Source: an uncultured Oscillochloris sp. (GTDB taxonomy: Bacteria > Chloroflexota > Chloroflexia > Chloroflexales > Chloroflexaceae). Taken from it: a stretch of 64,000 bases of DNA. Position 1 is the stretch's first letter; each line of letters opens with the position of its first letter. The DNA lies in contig CAZKTU010000006.1 in the NCBI GenBank assembly GCA_964555675.1, positions 993-64,992 of the forward strand, written 5' to 3'. The notes beneath the pieces are model-generated. The model saw nothing but the letters and a program-made list of their open reading frames with translations, made no database searches and was not told where the DNA came from. A program made the translations under genes and the position numbers. Below, in pieces: positions 26,488 to 35,973 of this stretch.

Positions 26488-29400
26488 TATGGCCCTAATT
26501 CTATGAGCAGTTTGCGCGCATCGCCGGCCCAGGGGCCGGCGGGCGCAAGCTGGAGGTAGCTCTCGAGGGCGGCCGTGGCCCGCGCGGCGTCGCCGGTGCG
26601 GGCGAAGAGCCGCCCGAGCTGGTAGTAGGGGTCGGGCGCCCGCGAGTCGGCGGCGATGGCCTGGCTGAGGGCGATCTCGGCCTTGTCCAGCTGGCCCCAG
26701 TCGATCAGGCCGGCGCCCAGTTTGTTCCAGTTGGCCGCCGAGGGCTCGGCCTGGGCCGCGAGCATAAAGGCCTCCTCGGCCTCGTCATAGCGGCCCGCCT
26801 CGGCCAGAATATCGCCCCACAGGTGCAGCACGCCGATGTCGCGCGGGTTGGCCCGCGCCGCCGGCTCGAGCACCGCCGCCGCCTCGGCCAGACGCCCTTG
26901 CGCGCGGTAGCGCTCGGCCAAGCCGAAGGCCGTGGGGCCGTCGGTCGGGTTGGCCCTGTTGGCCTCCTCGAACTCGCTGAGGCCGGCCGGCGGCTCGCCC
27001 AAGGGCAGCGGTCTGGGCTGCTGCTGCTCGGCCGCCGCGAAGTCGAAGGGGTCAGGGCGGGCATAGTCGGCCGGCACGCCCGTCACGGCGTAGATCTGGG
27101 CGCCCGGGGCCTCGAAGACCGGCTGCAGGTAGGTGCCGCGCATCTGCTCGAACTTCGCCAGCCCCGCCGCCGGGTAGACCGCTCGCTCGACCCCGCCCAC
27201 ATAGACATAGTCGACCCCGTAGCGGGCCAGGAAGCGCAGGGCGGTCTCGATATCAGCGCTGCGGTAGAACGCGTCCACATCGGCGTCGCGCCGCGCGGCT
27301 GCGTCGGCGGCCCGCTGCTCGTTGACGTGTAGGGCGCTGACCACGGTCGGCAGGCCCGTGTTGGCGGCGATGCGGATGCCGTAGCCCCTGTAGAAGAACA
27401 GGTTCGACTGCACGACCACGGGCGTGCCCTTGATCGTGTCGTTGAGCCACTTGATCGCGGCGGCATCGCCCCGCAGGTCGATCATCACCGTGCCCATGCC
27501 CGGCTCGCACCCGCCGAAGGCCGCGCAGTCATACGCAAATTCGGTCTGCTCCATGAAGGCCAGGCCGTCGAGGGTCGGACCGGTGTTCACGGGGAAGCGG
27601 TTGCTGATCCGCGAAGGCACCGCCGCCAGCAGGTAGAGCGCCGCCAGGATCGCCGGCAGGGCCATGGCCGCCAGGCCCGCCCACTGGGCCCGGGCGCCCC
27701 CCAGGCGGTGCAGGCCGCGCAGCAGGGTCGGCAGGCTGGCCGCCGCAGCCAGGGCCAGCAGCACCCAGACCTGCAGCCCGAACTTGAAGACGGTGTTCAT
27801 GCGGTACCAGTCGCCGCCGGCCAGGTGATCCTTGATGTAGATCAGCTCGATGCCGAGCGAGACCGCCCAGCCGACCCAGGCCATGAGTAAGGCGAACCAG
27901 ATCGGCGCGCCCAGGGCGCGGCGCGGCAACAGGGCCAGCCCCGCGATCAGCAGCGCGGCCAGCACCAGGCGCAGCCCGAGGGCCGGGGCGAGGGCGGCCA
28001 CGCCAAGGGCGCCTACGGCCGCCAGGGCCAGCCACAGGTTCGGCCCCGCCAGCGGCGCGCTCCTGATCCCCAAGGCGGCGGCCGGCCGCCCACTTGTGGC
28101 GCCCTTGCGCCTGCTCGCGCGCCAGATGGCCCCGCCGAGCGCCGGCAGCAGCACCGCCGCGAACACCCCGTAGATCAGCAGGTAGTCCCGCAGTAGGGTG
28201 CCGTCGGCCCACTCGACCCTGCCGATGCCGCCGACCGGCGCCCAGTAGCGGTCGAAGAAGGGCGCAAAGAGGGCCAGCCCGCCCAGCCCTATGCCCAGCG
28301 CCAGCAGGGCGGCCTGCGTCAGCCCGCCCCACGGGATGCTCGCAAAGCCCTTTGCCGCGCCGCGAGGCCTGCGCCAGGCCGCGCCCAGCATGGTCAGGCC
28401 CATCAGCAGCCCGTAGGTCGGGAAGTCCCACGAGTTGGTCACAGCCAGTGTGCCCAGCGACAGGGCCAGCAGCAGGGGCGCGGCGCGCCGTAGGGGCCGC
28501 GCCGCCCGCGCCACCAGGCTGTAGCAGAGCGCCGCCACCAGGATGGTGATCGGCAGGGCGATCATGTGGGGGTGCAGGTCGGCGAAGAGGAAGGTGAAGG
28601 CCGGGAACTCGTTGATCGTGTTCGGGATGACCCGGCTCGGCCCGATGTACCAGTCGCCCAGGCGCTCGCCGAGGCCTTGCAGCCCGCCGTCGCCCAGGGC
28701 CGTCGCCACCGCGCCGAAGCCCCGCGACGAGCCCGCCGCGAAGAAGGCCGTCAGGTTGCCCGCCAGCCCGACCAGCCCCGCGGCCAGCAGCCCGTAGCGC
28801 CCTCGCCCGGTCATCTGCCGCACCAGGGCGAAGGCCCCCGCCAGGGTCAGGCCGAAGGCCGTCGCCACCGCCAGGTTGAAGCCCACCGCCGGCGCGATGC
28901 CCGTAGCCTTGATCGGCAGCGACATCAGGTACAGGCCATAGTAGTAGTAGTTGATGTAGCCGCCGCTGAAGAAGGGGTCGTAGGGCGGCATCACCGGGCT
29001 GCGCAGGATGGCGTTGAGGAAGCCGAACTCCATCGGCTTCTCGCCGCCCCAGACGGGGTGCCACAGGTCGGGGTTGAGCGCCCGCACCAGGGCCAGGGCC
29101 GCAAACCCCGCCAGGAACACCGCCTCGCCCCAGAGCACGCTCCGCCCCTTGGCGCGCAGGCCGTCGGCCAGGGCCATCAGGCCCGCCATGATCGGTTGCG
29201 CTGCCCGCTCGTCGCGAGCACCCTCGGCGAGCGTCTGCTCCTCGGCGTCGCTCGTCGGTCCCTGCGCGGTGCTCCCAGGCTCCTGCTCGGCCGCCCGGCG
29301 CCCCAGCCGCCACAGGATCCCGGCGTTGATCGCCATCACGATGAGCAGCCCGCCCAGCAGGCCCCAGCCGTCGTAGCGCCAGAGCCCCAGGCTCGTCGGC

Positions 29401-32400
29401 AGCCACACGGCGTAGCCCAGCAGCAACAGCCCGATCAGCCTCGCCCAGACGGCCCCGCCATCGCGCCACCCGCCGAACACGGCGTAGGCTGCGGGCAGCC
29501 CCAGCAGACTCATTGCGTAGAAGAAGGCCAGCCAGAACAGCGTCGAGAGCAACGAGCTATCGCGGATCAGGCTGTTCCAGGCGTACTCGTCCACAGCCGG
29601 CAGCTCGTTCACCGGCCGGTCGAGCATCAGCGGCGGCGGCGTGTCGAGCTCGGGCGCGACCACGGGCAGGTCGCTCGTCAGCATGCGCGGCGTGTCTGGT
29701 TCGATCACCCGGTAGATCGCCGTCTGACCCTGCTGGAAGACCCGCTCGAGCGTCCCCTCGCCCGCCATGGCCTCGAACTTTGCGATACCCAGCGGGTCGT
29801 AGGTGCTGCGCTCGACGCCGCCCACGTAGACATACGCCACGCCGTACTGGCGCAGCAGCTCGCGGGCCGTGCCCGCGTCGGGCGTATTGTAGATCGTGGC
29901 GATGCTCTGCTGGCGATTGGCGATCGTCGGCCCCGCGCCCACGACGTTGCGCTGCTGGATCTGGTGCCACTCCCAGCCGAGTAGCGTCGGCAGCCCCGTG
30001 TTGGTCGCCACGCGCCCCGCCCACTGGTACGAGGGTAGGTGGGCTTCGAGGATCACCGGCGTGCCGCTCACTTCGCGCTGCAGCCAGTCGATCGCCGCCG
30101 CGTCCTCGTCGAGCGAGAAGGGCTGGCCCTGGGCCGCGGCGCTCACCGCGCTCATGTAGGCCGCCCCGTCGAGCCCGCGCGGCGCGCTGGCGACCCAGCG
30201 GTCGCCCGCCCGGGCCGGGGTCGCCGTCAGCGGGTAGACCAGGGCCGCCGCCGCCAGCAGGGCCAGCCCGCCCCGCACCAGGTAGCGCGCGCGCCCTGTG
30301 AGCGACCACAGCCCCGGCAGCAGGGCCGCCAAGCCCAGGGCGAAGAGGGTCCAGGCGTGCAGCCCGAACTTGAAGACCGTGTTCATGCGCCCGATGTCGC
30401 CCTTGACCGCCACCAGCTCGACCATGGCCGTCAGGCCCAGGGCCGCCGCCAGCCAGAGCCCCGGCAACAACGCCGCCAGGGGCGCCCGTCGCATGCGCCA
30501 GACGAGCCAGGCCGCGCCCGCCAGGCTCGGCAGCAGCAGCACGATCGCCGGCCAGCCCAGGGCCACGCCCGCCAGGTAGACCAGGCCGAAGGCCCCGGCC
30601 GCCGCGATGGCCACGCTGGGCCCGACCAGGCGCCGCACCAGCAGCAGGCCGAGCGTGGCGGCGATCAGCAGCCAGTGGCCATAGAGCTGGGTCAGCTCCC
30701 ACATACTTGTGCGCTGGGCCAACAGCAGCTTCGCCCCCAGGGTCGGGGCCAGGCCCTCGATCCACAGCTCGACCCCCGACGACTCGGTGGCGAAGTTCGC
30801 GGTGAAGGGCGCGAAGAGCAGGTTCCCCAGGGCCAGCATCAGCAGGGGCGGCCCGGCCACCAGGGCCAGCCGCCAGGGCCAGCGCAGCCCGCCGCGCCCC
30901 GCCCGCCACCCGGCCCCCGCCATGGTCAGGGCCGCCAGGCCCACGAAGGTCGGGTAGTCCCAGGTGTTGGTCGCCCGGATCGCGCCCGCCAGCAGCCCCA
31001 TCAGCAGGAGGCAGACCGCGGGCCGTACGAAGCGCTCGCCGAGCGACGCGCCCGCGCGCCAGCCGCCGCCCAGCAGCCAGCGGGCGAAAGCGAAGGCCAG
31101 CCCCAGCAGGGCCAGGCTCAGGGGCATGACGATCATATGGGCGTGCAGGTCGCCGAAGAGGAAAGTGAAGAAGGGGAACTCGTTGACCGTGCCGGCCACG
31201 ATCCGCGTCGCGTCCCAGTAGGCCCACTCGCCGCGCCCCTGCGCCCACTGCTCCCAGGCGTAGCCGCTGAGGAACCAGAAGGCCTGGGCCAGGTTGCCCG
31301 CCAGCAGCAGCAGCGCCGGCGCCAGGCCCGCCGCGACCAGGGCGCGACGCTCGCGGGGCGCTGCGTCCCCGTCCCTGCGCGCCGCCATCAGGTTGTAGAC
31401 GACACCCCAGGCCCCCAGGGCGGTGAGCCCGAAGAGGGTGGCCACCGCCAGGTTGTAGGCGATGCTCGGCACAATCGTCGTCAGGTGGGTCAGGGCACCG
31501 ACCAGGACGAAGCCGAAGTAGTAGTAGTTGATGTAGCCGCCCGCGTGCCAGGGGTCGTAGGGCGGGAAGGCCGCGCTGCGCAGCACCGCGTTGAGGAAAG
31601 CCAGCTCCATGGGCTTTTCGCCGCCGCGGGCCGGGTGCCACAGGTCGGGGTTCAGCCAGCGCAGCAGCAGGCCGATCAGCAGGAAACCCAGGAACACCGC
31701 TTCGGCGCCCAGCAGCGCGCCCCGTCGCTCGCGCCCGAACGCGCGCAGCTCGGCCCGATTCAGCCAGGCGGCCGCGGCGCCCACGGCCAGCAGCGGCGCG
31801 GCGCAGAGCCACACAGTCGCCGGCGTGAAGGCCAGCGGGAAGGGCCCCCACCCGATCGCGCCGAGGTTGCCCTGCCCGGGCACGCCCACGTTCGTCCCGA
31901 GGCTGCCCGCCAGCCAGGCCCCGTAGGCCACGCCCAACAGCCCGAGGATCTTGCTCAGGCTGTAGCCGCGGTCGGGCAGCCAGGGCAGCAGCCTGTAGAG
32001 CAGGGCGAAGGTCGCCAGGCCCAGTAGCTGCAGCACGGCCAGCCAGACCACCGGCGCGGCGAGGTTGACCCAACTCGCCCGGTTGAACATGCTCGCCCAG
32101 GTGCCGGCGGCGCTGTAGAGCGGCCACTGGCTGTCGGTCAGGCGCAAGGCCGTCGGGTTGCGGTCGGCGATGCGCACGGGCGACTTATAGACCTCGCCCC
32201 AGAGCGTATCGTCGGTGATCAGGGCCTCGGCTCGCTCGCGCGAGTAGGCCGCGGTCTTCTCGAAGATCAGCACCCGCGGGTGATCGTAGACGTGGAAGGC
32301 CTCTTCGGCGGACTGGTCGGGGATCTCGATGCCCAGGATGCTCGGGTACGAGGTCACCTCGGCGGCCAGCTTGAAGCCCAGTTCGCCGCTGAAGAGGTGG

Positions 32401-34397
32401 TGGTAGTAACGCATCAGGGCCGGGTAGCGCATGCGCAGGCGCGAGGTGCTGTCGTAGACCCGGTTGCTGGTCAGCGTGATATAGTCGGCCCGGTCGAGCT
32501 GGTCGAGCAGCCCCTCTTCGACGTTGCCGTCGGCGCCCAGCGCCCCCACGTATTTACGCGGTTCGTCCTCGGCGTAGGGCGCCGAGCCGATCCCGCGGAA
32601 GGTCGAGTCCCAGGACGCGCTGGTCACCTGCAGCGGCAGCGCGTCGTCCCAGATCTCCGAGATCACATACGAGCCGGGCCGGCCGTGGTCGGCCAGCCAC
32701 TGGGCGGCCATGACCCGCGAGTGGGGCAGCGTGTAGATGCGCGAGAAGGCGTAGGCCCAGCCGAGGGTGGCGATCAGGACGAGGGGCAGGGCCAGGCCGG
32801 CGAGCCGGCGGAGGCGCGGCCAGGCCCCGGGCGCCCGCCGTCGCTCCCACAGCCGGACCAGCCCCCAGGCCCCGAAGATGATCAGGCCGCCGTAGATCGG
32901 CAGCAGGTAGCGCAGCGTGATCGCGAACTGGTTGCCCTGCCAGGCGAAGTAGAAGGCCACCCAGGCGAACAGCACCCAGGCCGGGCTCAGGGGCGGCGCG
33001 TCGGGGCGCGGCCAGAGTAGGCGCCTGAGGCCCGCCAGGGCGAAGGCCGCGAGCCCGGCCCAGGCGGCCAGGCCCAGGGCCGGCCCCATGCCCCAGCGCA
33101 CCATGTTCACCCAGGGGAAGATGTAGGCCGGGCGCCAGACCCACTGTTGCGAGGGTGGGAAGTCGAGTTCGCCGCTCACCAGGCCTTGCACGGCCCCCAG
33201 GTTGGCCAGGAAGCGCGGCTCGGGGCGTACGTCGAGGAAGCCGGCGCCCTGCAAGAAGCCGAGCGTCTCGCTCACCACGGGCGAGTCGGCGCGCGAGCCG
33301 ATGAACGAGTCGGGGGCGAGGGTGCGGAAGCTCAGCAGGGTCAGGGCCCCGGCCAGCACCAGCAGCGGCAGCTCGCGCAGAAAAAAGTGGTCCACCACTG
33401 AGGCCGCGCGGGCCCGGCTGGTCGGCTGCCAGCGGCCGCGCGAGGGCTGGTCGGGGTAGTAGCGGCCCGCTTCCTCGGGCGCAGCGGCCGGCTCGGCGCT
33501 TGCGGCGGCCCGCAGCGCGCGGGCGGCCGCGACCACGGCGGCCACGATCGCGACGCCGCCCAGGGTGGCCAGGGTGATGCGGTTGGCCATGGCCGCGCCG
33601 ATGCTCAGGCCGAGCAGGCTGTAGGCGAGCCAGCCGCCGCCCTGGGCGACGCGCACGGCCCAGTAGAGGCTCAGCAGGCAGAAGAAGGTCGAGAAGATCG
33701 GGTCGACGAAGAAGTGCGACTGCTGGATGTGCATCACGGCCAGGGCTGCCAGCATGGCCGCGACCAGGCCGACGCGCCGGCCGAAGAGGCGGCCCCCGAT
33801 CAGAGAGACCAGCACGATCGAGCCCAGGTCGAAGAGCACGGCTAGGCCGCGCCCCACCTTCTGGATCTCGCCGTAGGTGGTCATGTTGATGCCGTCGGGG
33901 TTGAAAATCCACTGCAGAGGCGTCAGCTTCGGGAAGCTGCGCTCGGGGTTCGGCACGAGGTCGCCGTAGTCGGTGCGCAGATCGTTCGGGCGCGTCGGGT
34001 CGAGGCCGCTGCGTGGCGGGCCGTTGAGACTCCGCACCTCTGTGGGCATGGCCTCGCTGGGGGTCAGGGCGACGGCGACGGCCCGCGTGATCAGCTGGGG
34101 GAAGGGGCCGTAGACATAGAGCGGGAAGCGGTCATAGTTGCGCGGGTTCATCGGCGAGCGGGCCGAGTCGTACAGCTCGCCAGGCCCTGCCGGCAGGCGC
34201 ATCGTCGAGGCGACGTCCGAGAAGAAGCGCTCGTCGGGGTGCTGGCCGGTGCCGGAGTCCCAATCGCTCAGGCTCAGGGTTCGAAAATAGGCCCCGAGAA
34301 GCACGATGCAGGCCAGGAGCAGCCATGGCGCCCAGACGGCCGCCACACGTTTCAGGCCGCCGCTCGCGCCGGGCCCGGAGGGATGTTCGATCTCCAC
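26487..34397 (-). CDS. Giant polytopic membrane protein: GT39/ArnT-like N-terminal region + 2 x Chlor_Arch_YYY (DUF2298) modules + C-terminal TPR repeats
   Basis: Uninterrupted 2636-aa ORF with GTG start. N-region aa 1-760 (nt 32118-34397). Module 1 aa 775-1565 (nt 29703-32075, GGYINYYYFGF). Module 2 aa 1610-2440 (nt 27078-29570, GGYINYYYYGLY). TPR aa 2480-2625 (nt 26523-26960). Confidence 0.85.
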   Translation of the reverse strand: MEIEHPSGPGASGGLKRVAAVWAPWLLLACIVLLGAYFRTLSLSDWDSGTGQHPDERFFSDVASTMRLPAGPGELYDSARSPMNPRNYDRFPLYVYGPFPQLITRAVAVALTPSEAMPTEVRSLNGPPRSGLDPTRPNDLRTDYGDLVPNPERSFPKLTPLQWIFNPDGINMTTYGEIQKVGRGLAVLFDLGSIVLVSLIGGRLFGRRVGLVAAMLAALAVMHIQQSHFFVDPIFSTFFCLLSLYWAVRVAQGGGWLAYSLLGLSIGAAMANRITLATLGGVAIVAAVVAAARALRAAASAEPAAAPEEAGRYYPDQPSRGRWQPTSRARAASVVDHFFLRELPLLVLAGALTLLSFRTLAPDSFIGSRADSPVVSETLGFLQGAGFLDVRPEPRFLANLGAVQGLVSGELDFPPSQQWVWRPAYIFPWVNMVRWGMGPALGLAAWAGLAAFALAGLRRLLWPRPDAPPLSPAWVLFAWVAFYFAWQGNQFAITLRYLLPIYGGLIIFGAWGLVRLWERRRAPGAWPRLRRLAGLALPLVLIATLGWAYAFSRIYTLPHSRVMAAQWLADHGRPGSYVISEIWDDALPLQVTSASWDSTFRGIGSAPYAEDEPRKYVGALGADGNVEEGLLDQLDRADYITLTSNRVYDSTSRLRMRYPALMRYYHHLFSGELGFKLAAEVTSYPSILGIEIPDQSAEEAFHVYDHPRVLIFEKTAAYSRERAEALITDDTLWGEVYKSPVRIADRNPTALRLTDSQWPLYSAAGTWASMFNRASWVNLAAPVVWLAVLQLLGLATFALLYRLLPWLPDRGYSLSKILGLLGVAYGAWLAGSLGTNVGVPGQGNLGAIGWGPFPLAFTPATVWLCAAPLLAVGAAAAWLNRAELRAFGRERRGALLGAEAVFLGFLLIGLLLRWLNPDLWHPARGGEKPMELAFLNAVLRSAAFPPYDPWHAGGYINYYYFGFVLVGALTHLTTIVPSIAYNLAVATLFGLTALGAWGVVYNLMAARRDGDAAPRERRALVAAGLAPALLLLAGNLAQAFWFLSGYAWEQWAQGRGEWAYWDATRIVAGTVNEFPFFTFLFGDLHAHMIVMPLSLALLGLAFAFARWLLGGGWRAGASLGERFVRPAVCLLLMGLLAGAIRATNTWDYPTFVGLAALTMAGAGWRAGRGGLRWPWRLALVAGPPLLMLALGNLLFAPFTANFATESSGVELWIEGLAPTLGAKLLLAQRTSMWELTQLYGHWLLIAATLGLLLVRRLVGPSVAIAAAGAFGLVYLAGVALGWPAIVLLLPSLAGAAWLVWRMRRAPLAALLPGLWLAAALGLTAMVELVAVKGDIGRMNTVFKFGLHAWTLFALGLAALLPGLWSLTGRARYLVRGGLALLAAAALVYPLTATPARAGDRWVASAPRGLDGAAYMSAVSAAAQGQPFSLDEDAAAIDWLQREVSGTPVILEAHLPSYQWAGRVATNTGLPTLLGWEWHQIQQRNVVGAGPTIANRQQSIATIYNTPDAGTARELLRQYGVAYVYVGGVERSTYDPLGIAKFEAMAGEGTLERVFQQGQTAIYRVIEPDTPRMLTSDLPVVAPELDTPPPLMLDRPVNELPAVDEYAWNSLIRDSSLLSTLFWLAFFYAMSLLGLPAAYAVFGGWRDGGAVWARLIGLLLLGYAVWLPTSLGLWRYDGWGLLGGLLIVMAINAGILWRLGRRAAEQEPGSTAQGPTSDAEEQTLAEGARDERAAQPIMAGLMALADGLRAKGRSVLWGEAVFLAGFAALALVRALNPDLWHPVWGGEKPMEFGFLNAILRSPVMPPYDPFFSGGYINYYYYGLYLMSLPIKATGIAPAVGFNLAVATAFGLTLAGAFALVRQMTGRGRYGLLAAGLVGLAGNLTAFFAAGSSRGFGAVATALGDGGLQGLGERLGDWYIGPSRVIPNTINEFPAFTFLFADLHPHMIALPITILVAALCYSLVARAARPLRRAAPLLLALSLGTLAVTNSWDFPTYGLLMGLTMLGAAWRRPRGAAKGFASIPWGGLTQAALLALGIGLGGLALFAPFFDRYWAPVGGIGRVEWADGTLLRDYLLIYGVFAAVLLPALGGAIWRASRRKGATSGRPAAALGIRSAPLAGPNLWLALAAVGALGVAALAPALGLRLVLAALLIAGLALLPRRALGAPIWFALLMAWVGWAVSLGIELIYIKDHLAGGDWYRMNTVFKFGLQVWVLLALAAAASLPTLLRGLHRLGGARAQWAGLAAMALPAILAALYLLAAVPSRISNRFPVNTGPTLDGLAFMEQTEFAYDCAAFGGCEPGMGTVMIDLRGDAAAIKWLNDTIKGTPVVVQSNLFFYRGYGIRIAANTGLPTVVSALHVNEQRAADAAARRDADVDAFYRSADIETALRFLARYGVDYVYVGGVERAVYPAAGLAKFEQMRGTYLQPVFEAPGAQIYAVTGVPADYARPDPFDFAAAEQQQPRPLPLGEPPAGLSEFEEANRANPTDGPTAFGLAERYRAQGRLAEAAAVLEPAARANPRDIGVLHLWGDILAEAGRYDEAEEAFMLAAQAEPSAANWNKLGAGLIDWGQLDKAEIALSQAIAADSRAPDPYYQLGRLFARTGDAARATAALESYLQLAPAGPWAGDARKLLIELGP

Positions 34398-34516
34398 GCG
34401 TATCCTATGATCTGGGGTGCAACCCCGATAGAGTCGTCGTATGTGGGCTATGCCCGCGTAACATTATACAAAATCCCCAAGATGCCCGGGCGGGCCAAGA
34501 TGCGGGCGATCTTGCC

Positions 34517-34546
34517 TTGACAGTGCAAAATTGCTGGTGCTATACT
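34517..34546 (+). promoter_or_regulatory. Putative promoter of the SufR-like/sodA unit
   Basis: TTGACA (34517-34522), 18-nt spacer ending in TGc, TATACT (34541-34546). The spacer contains the inverted repeat GCAAaaTTGC. Confidence 0.55.
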
Positions 34547-34586
34547 CGAAAGAGGGTTTCAACAGAAACGACTGATAAAACTTCGG

Positions 34587-35219
34587 ATGACCGCCGAGCG
34601 CAAAGAGCAGGGCTCCACTCGCCAGAGCATCCTCCAGCTTCTCCGCCGTAACGGCGAGATGACAGCCCTGGAGCTGAGCGAGCGCCTGCGCGTAGGCGCC
34701 GTCGGCGTGCGCCAGCACCTCGCCCTCCTCGAGCGCGACGGCCTCGTGCGCGTCGCAGGCCTGCGCCGGAGCGTCGGCCGCCCTTCGCACCTGTATGTGC
34801 TCACCACCGAGGCCGAGGATCACTTCCCCAAAGGCTACGATCGCCTGGCCCTCGAGATGCTCGCATACATCAACGAGCTTGGCGGCGAGTCTGCCGTAGA
34901 CCAGATCCTCGTCCGACGCCGCGACGAGCTGCTGCGCGAGTTTGGCCCCCACCTCGCCGGCAAGAGCCGTGGCGAGCAGGTCTCAACCCTGGCCGCCCTC
35001 TTGCTCGACCAGGGCTACATGTGCGAGTGGGAGCAAGAGCCCGACGGCTCGTACGTGCTCACCGAGTTCAACTGCCCGGTCGACTGTGTGGCCCGCCAGC
35101 ACCCCCAGCTCTGCGCCCAAGAGCTTCGGCTCTACCAGGATCTGCTGGGCGTGCCGGTCATCCAGGAGAGCACCATCGCCCAGGGCGCTCACTGCTGCCG
35201 CTATCGACTCCCCGCCTGA
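34587..35219 (+). CDS. SufR-like ArsR-type winged-helix regulator with C-terminal Cys cluster
   Basis: wHTH (SILQLLRRNGEMTALELSERLRVGAVGVRQHLALLERDGLV...GRPSHLY). The C-terminal segment EFNCPVDCVARQHPQLCAQEL...GAHCCRY parallels the Fe-S-binding Cys pattern of SufR proteins. Confidence 0.7.
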   Translation: MTAERKEQGSTRQSILQLLRRNGEMTALELSERLRVGAVGVRQHLALLERDGLVRVAGLRRSVGRPSHLYVLTTEAEDHFPKGYDRLALEMLAYINELGGESAVDQILVRRRDELLREFGPHLAGKSRGEQVSTLAALLLDQGYMCEWEQEPDGSYVLTEFNCPVDCVARQHPQLCAQELRLYQDLLGVPVIQESTIAQGAHCCRYRLPA

Positions 35220-35288
35220 AGCCTGGCGCTCCGTCCCATCAAGTTGACGTCGCCCTGTGTCTCCGTGTGACTACTGGAGGATCTACCC

Positions 35289-35903
35289 ATGGCCTTCGAG
35301 CTGCCGCCCCTGCCGTACGACTACACCGCCCTCGAGCCTCATGTCGATGAGGCGACGATGCACTTTCATCACGACAACCACCACAATACCTACGTCACGA
35401 ATCTGAACAACGCCCTGGCCAACTACCCCGACCTTCAGGCCAAGTCCCTCGAGGAGCTGATCAGCAACCTTGACGCCCTCCCCGAGGCCATCCGCACCGT
35501 TGTGCGCAACAACGGCGGCGGCCACTGGAACCACAGCCTCTTCTGGGAGCTGATGGCCCCCAACGCCGGCGGCGAGCCCACAGGCCCTGTGGCCGAGGCG
35601 ATCACCAAGGCCTTCGGCAGCTTCGCCGAGTTCAAAGAGAAGTTCAAGGCCGCCGCCCTCGGCCGCTTTGGCTCGGGCTGGGCCTGGCTCGTCGCCAGCC
35701 CCGACGGCAGCGTCGCAATCACCAGCACGCCCAATCAGGATTGCCCCCTGATGGAGGGCAAGCGCGCCATCCTCGGCCTCGACGTCTGGGAGCACGCCTA
35801 CTACCTCAAGTACCAGTTCAAGCGCGCCGGCTATGTCGACGCCTGGTGGAACGTGGTCAACTGGGCCAAGGTCGACGAGCTCTACGGCGCCGCCTGGGGC
35901 TAG
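35289..35903 (+). CDS. sodA: Fe/Mn superoxide dismutase
   Basis: [26 protein letters not shown] and [12 protein letters not shown] motifs. GGAGGA RBS. Confidence 0.93.
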   Translation: MAFELPPLPYDYTALEPHVDEATMHFHHDNHHNTYVTNLNNALANYPDLQAKSLEELISNLDALPEAIRTVVRNNGGGHWNHSLFWELMAPNAGGEPTGPVAEAITKAFGSFAEFKEKFKAAALGRFGSGWAWLVASPDGSVAITSTPNQDCPLMEGKRAILGLDVWEHAYYLKYQFKRAGYVDAWWNVVNWAKVDELYGAAWG

Positions 35904-35918
35904 GCCCGCTCGCCACGG

Positions 35919-35956
35919 CAGACCCCCTCGCCCGTCTGGGCGAGGGGGTCTTTTTT
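35919..35956 (+). terminator. Rho-independent terminator after sodA
   Basis: 14-bp stem AGACCCCCTCGCCC-gtct-GGGCGAGGGGGTCT followed by a T6-7 run. Confidence 0.85.
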
Positions 35957-35973
35957 TGCGTCCCGGCGAGGTC

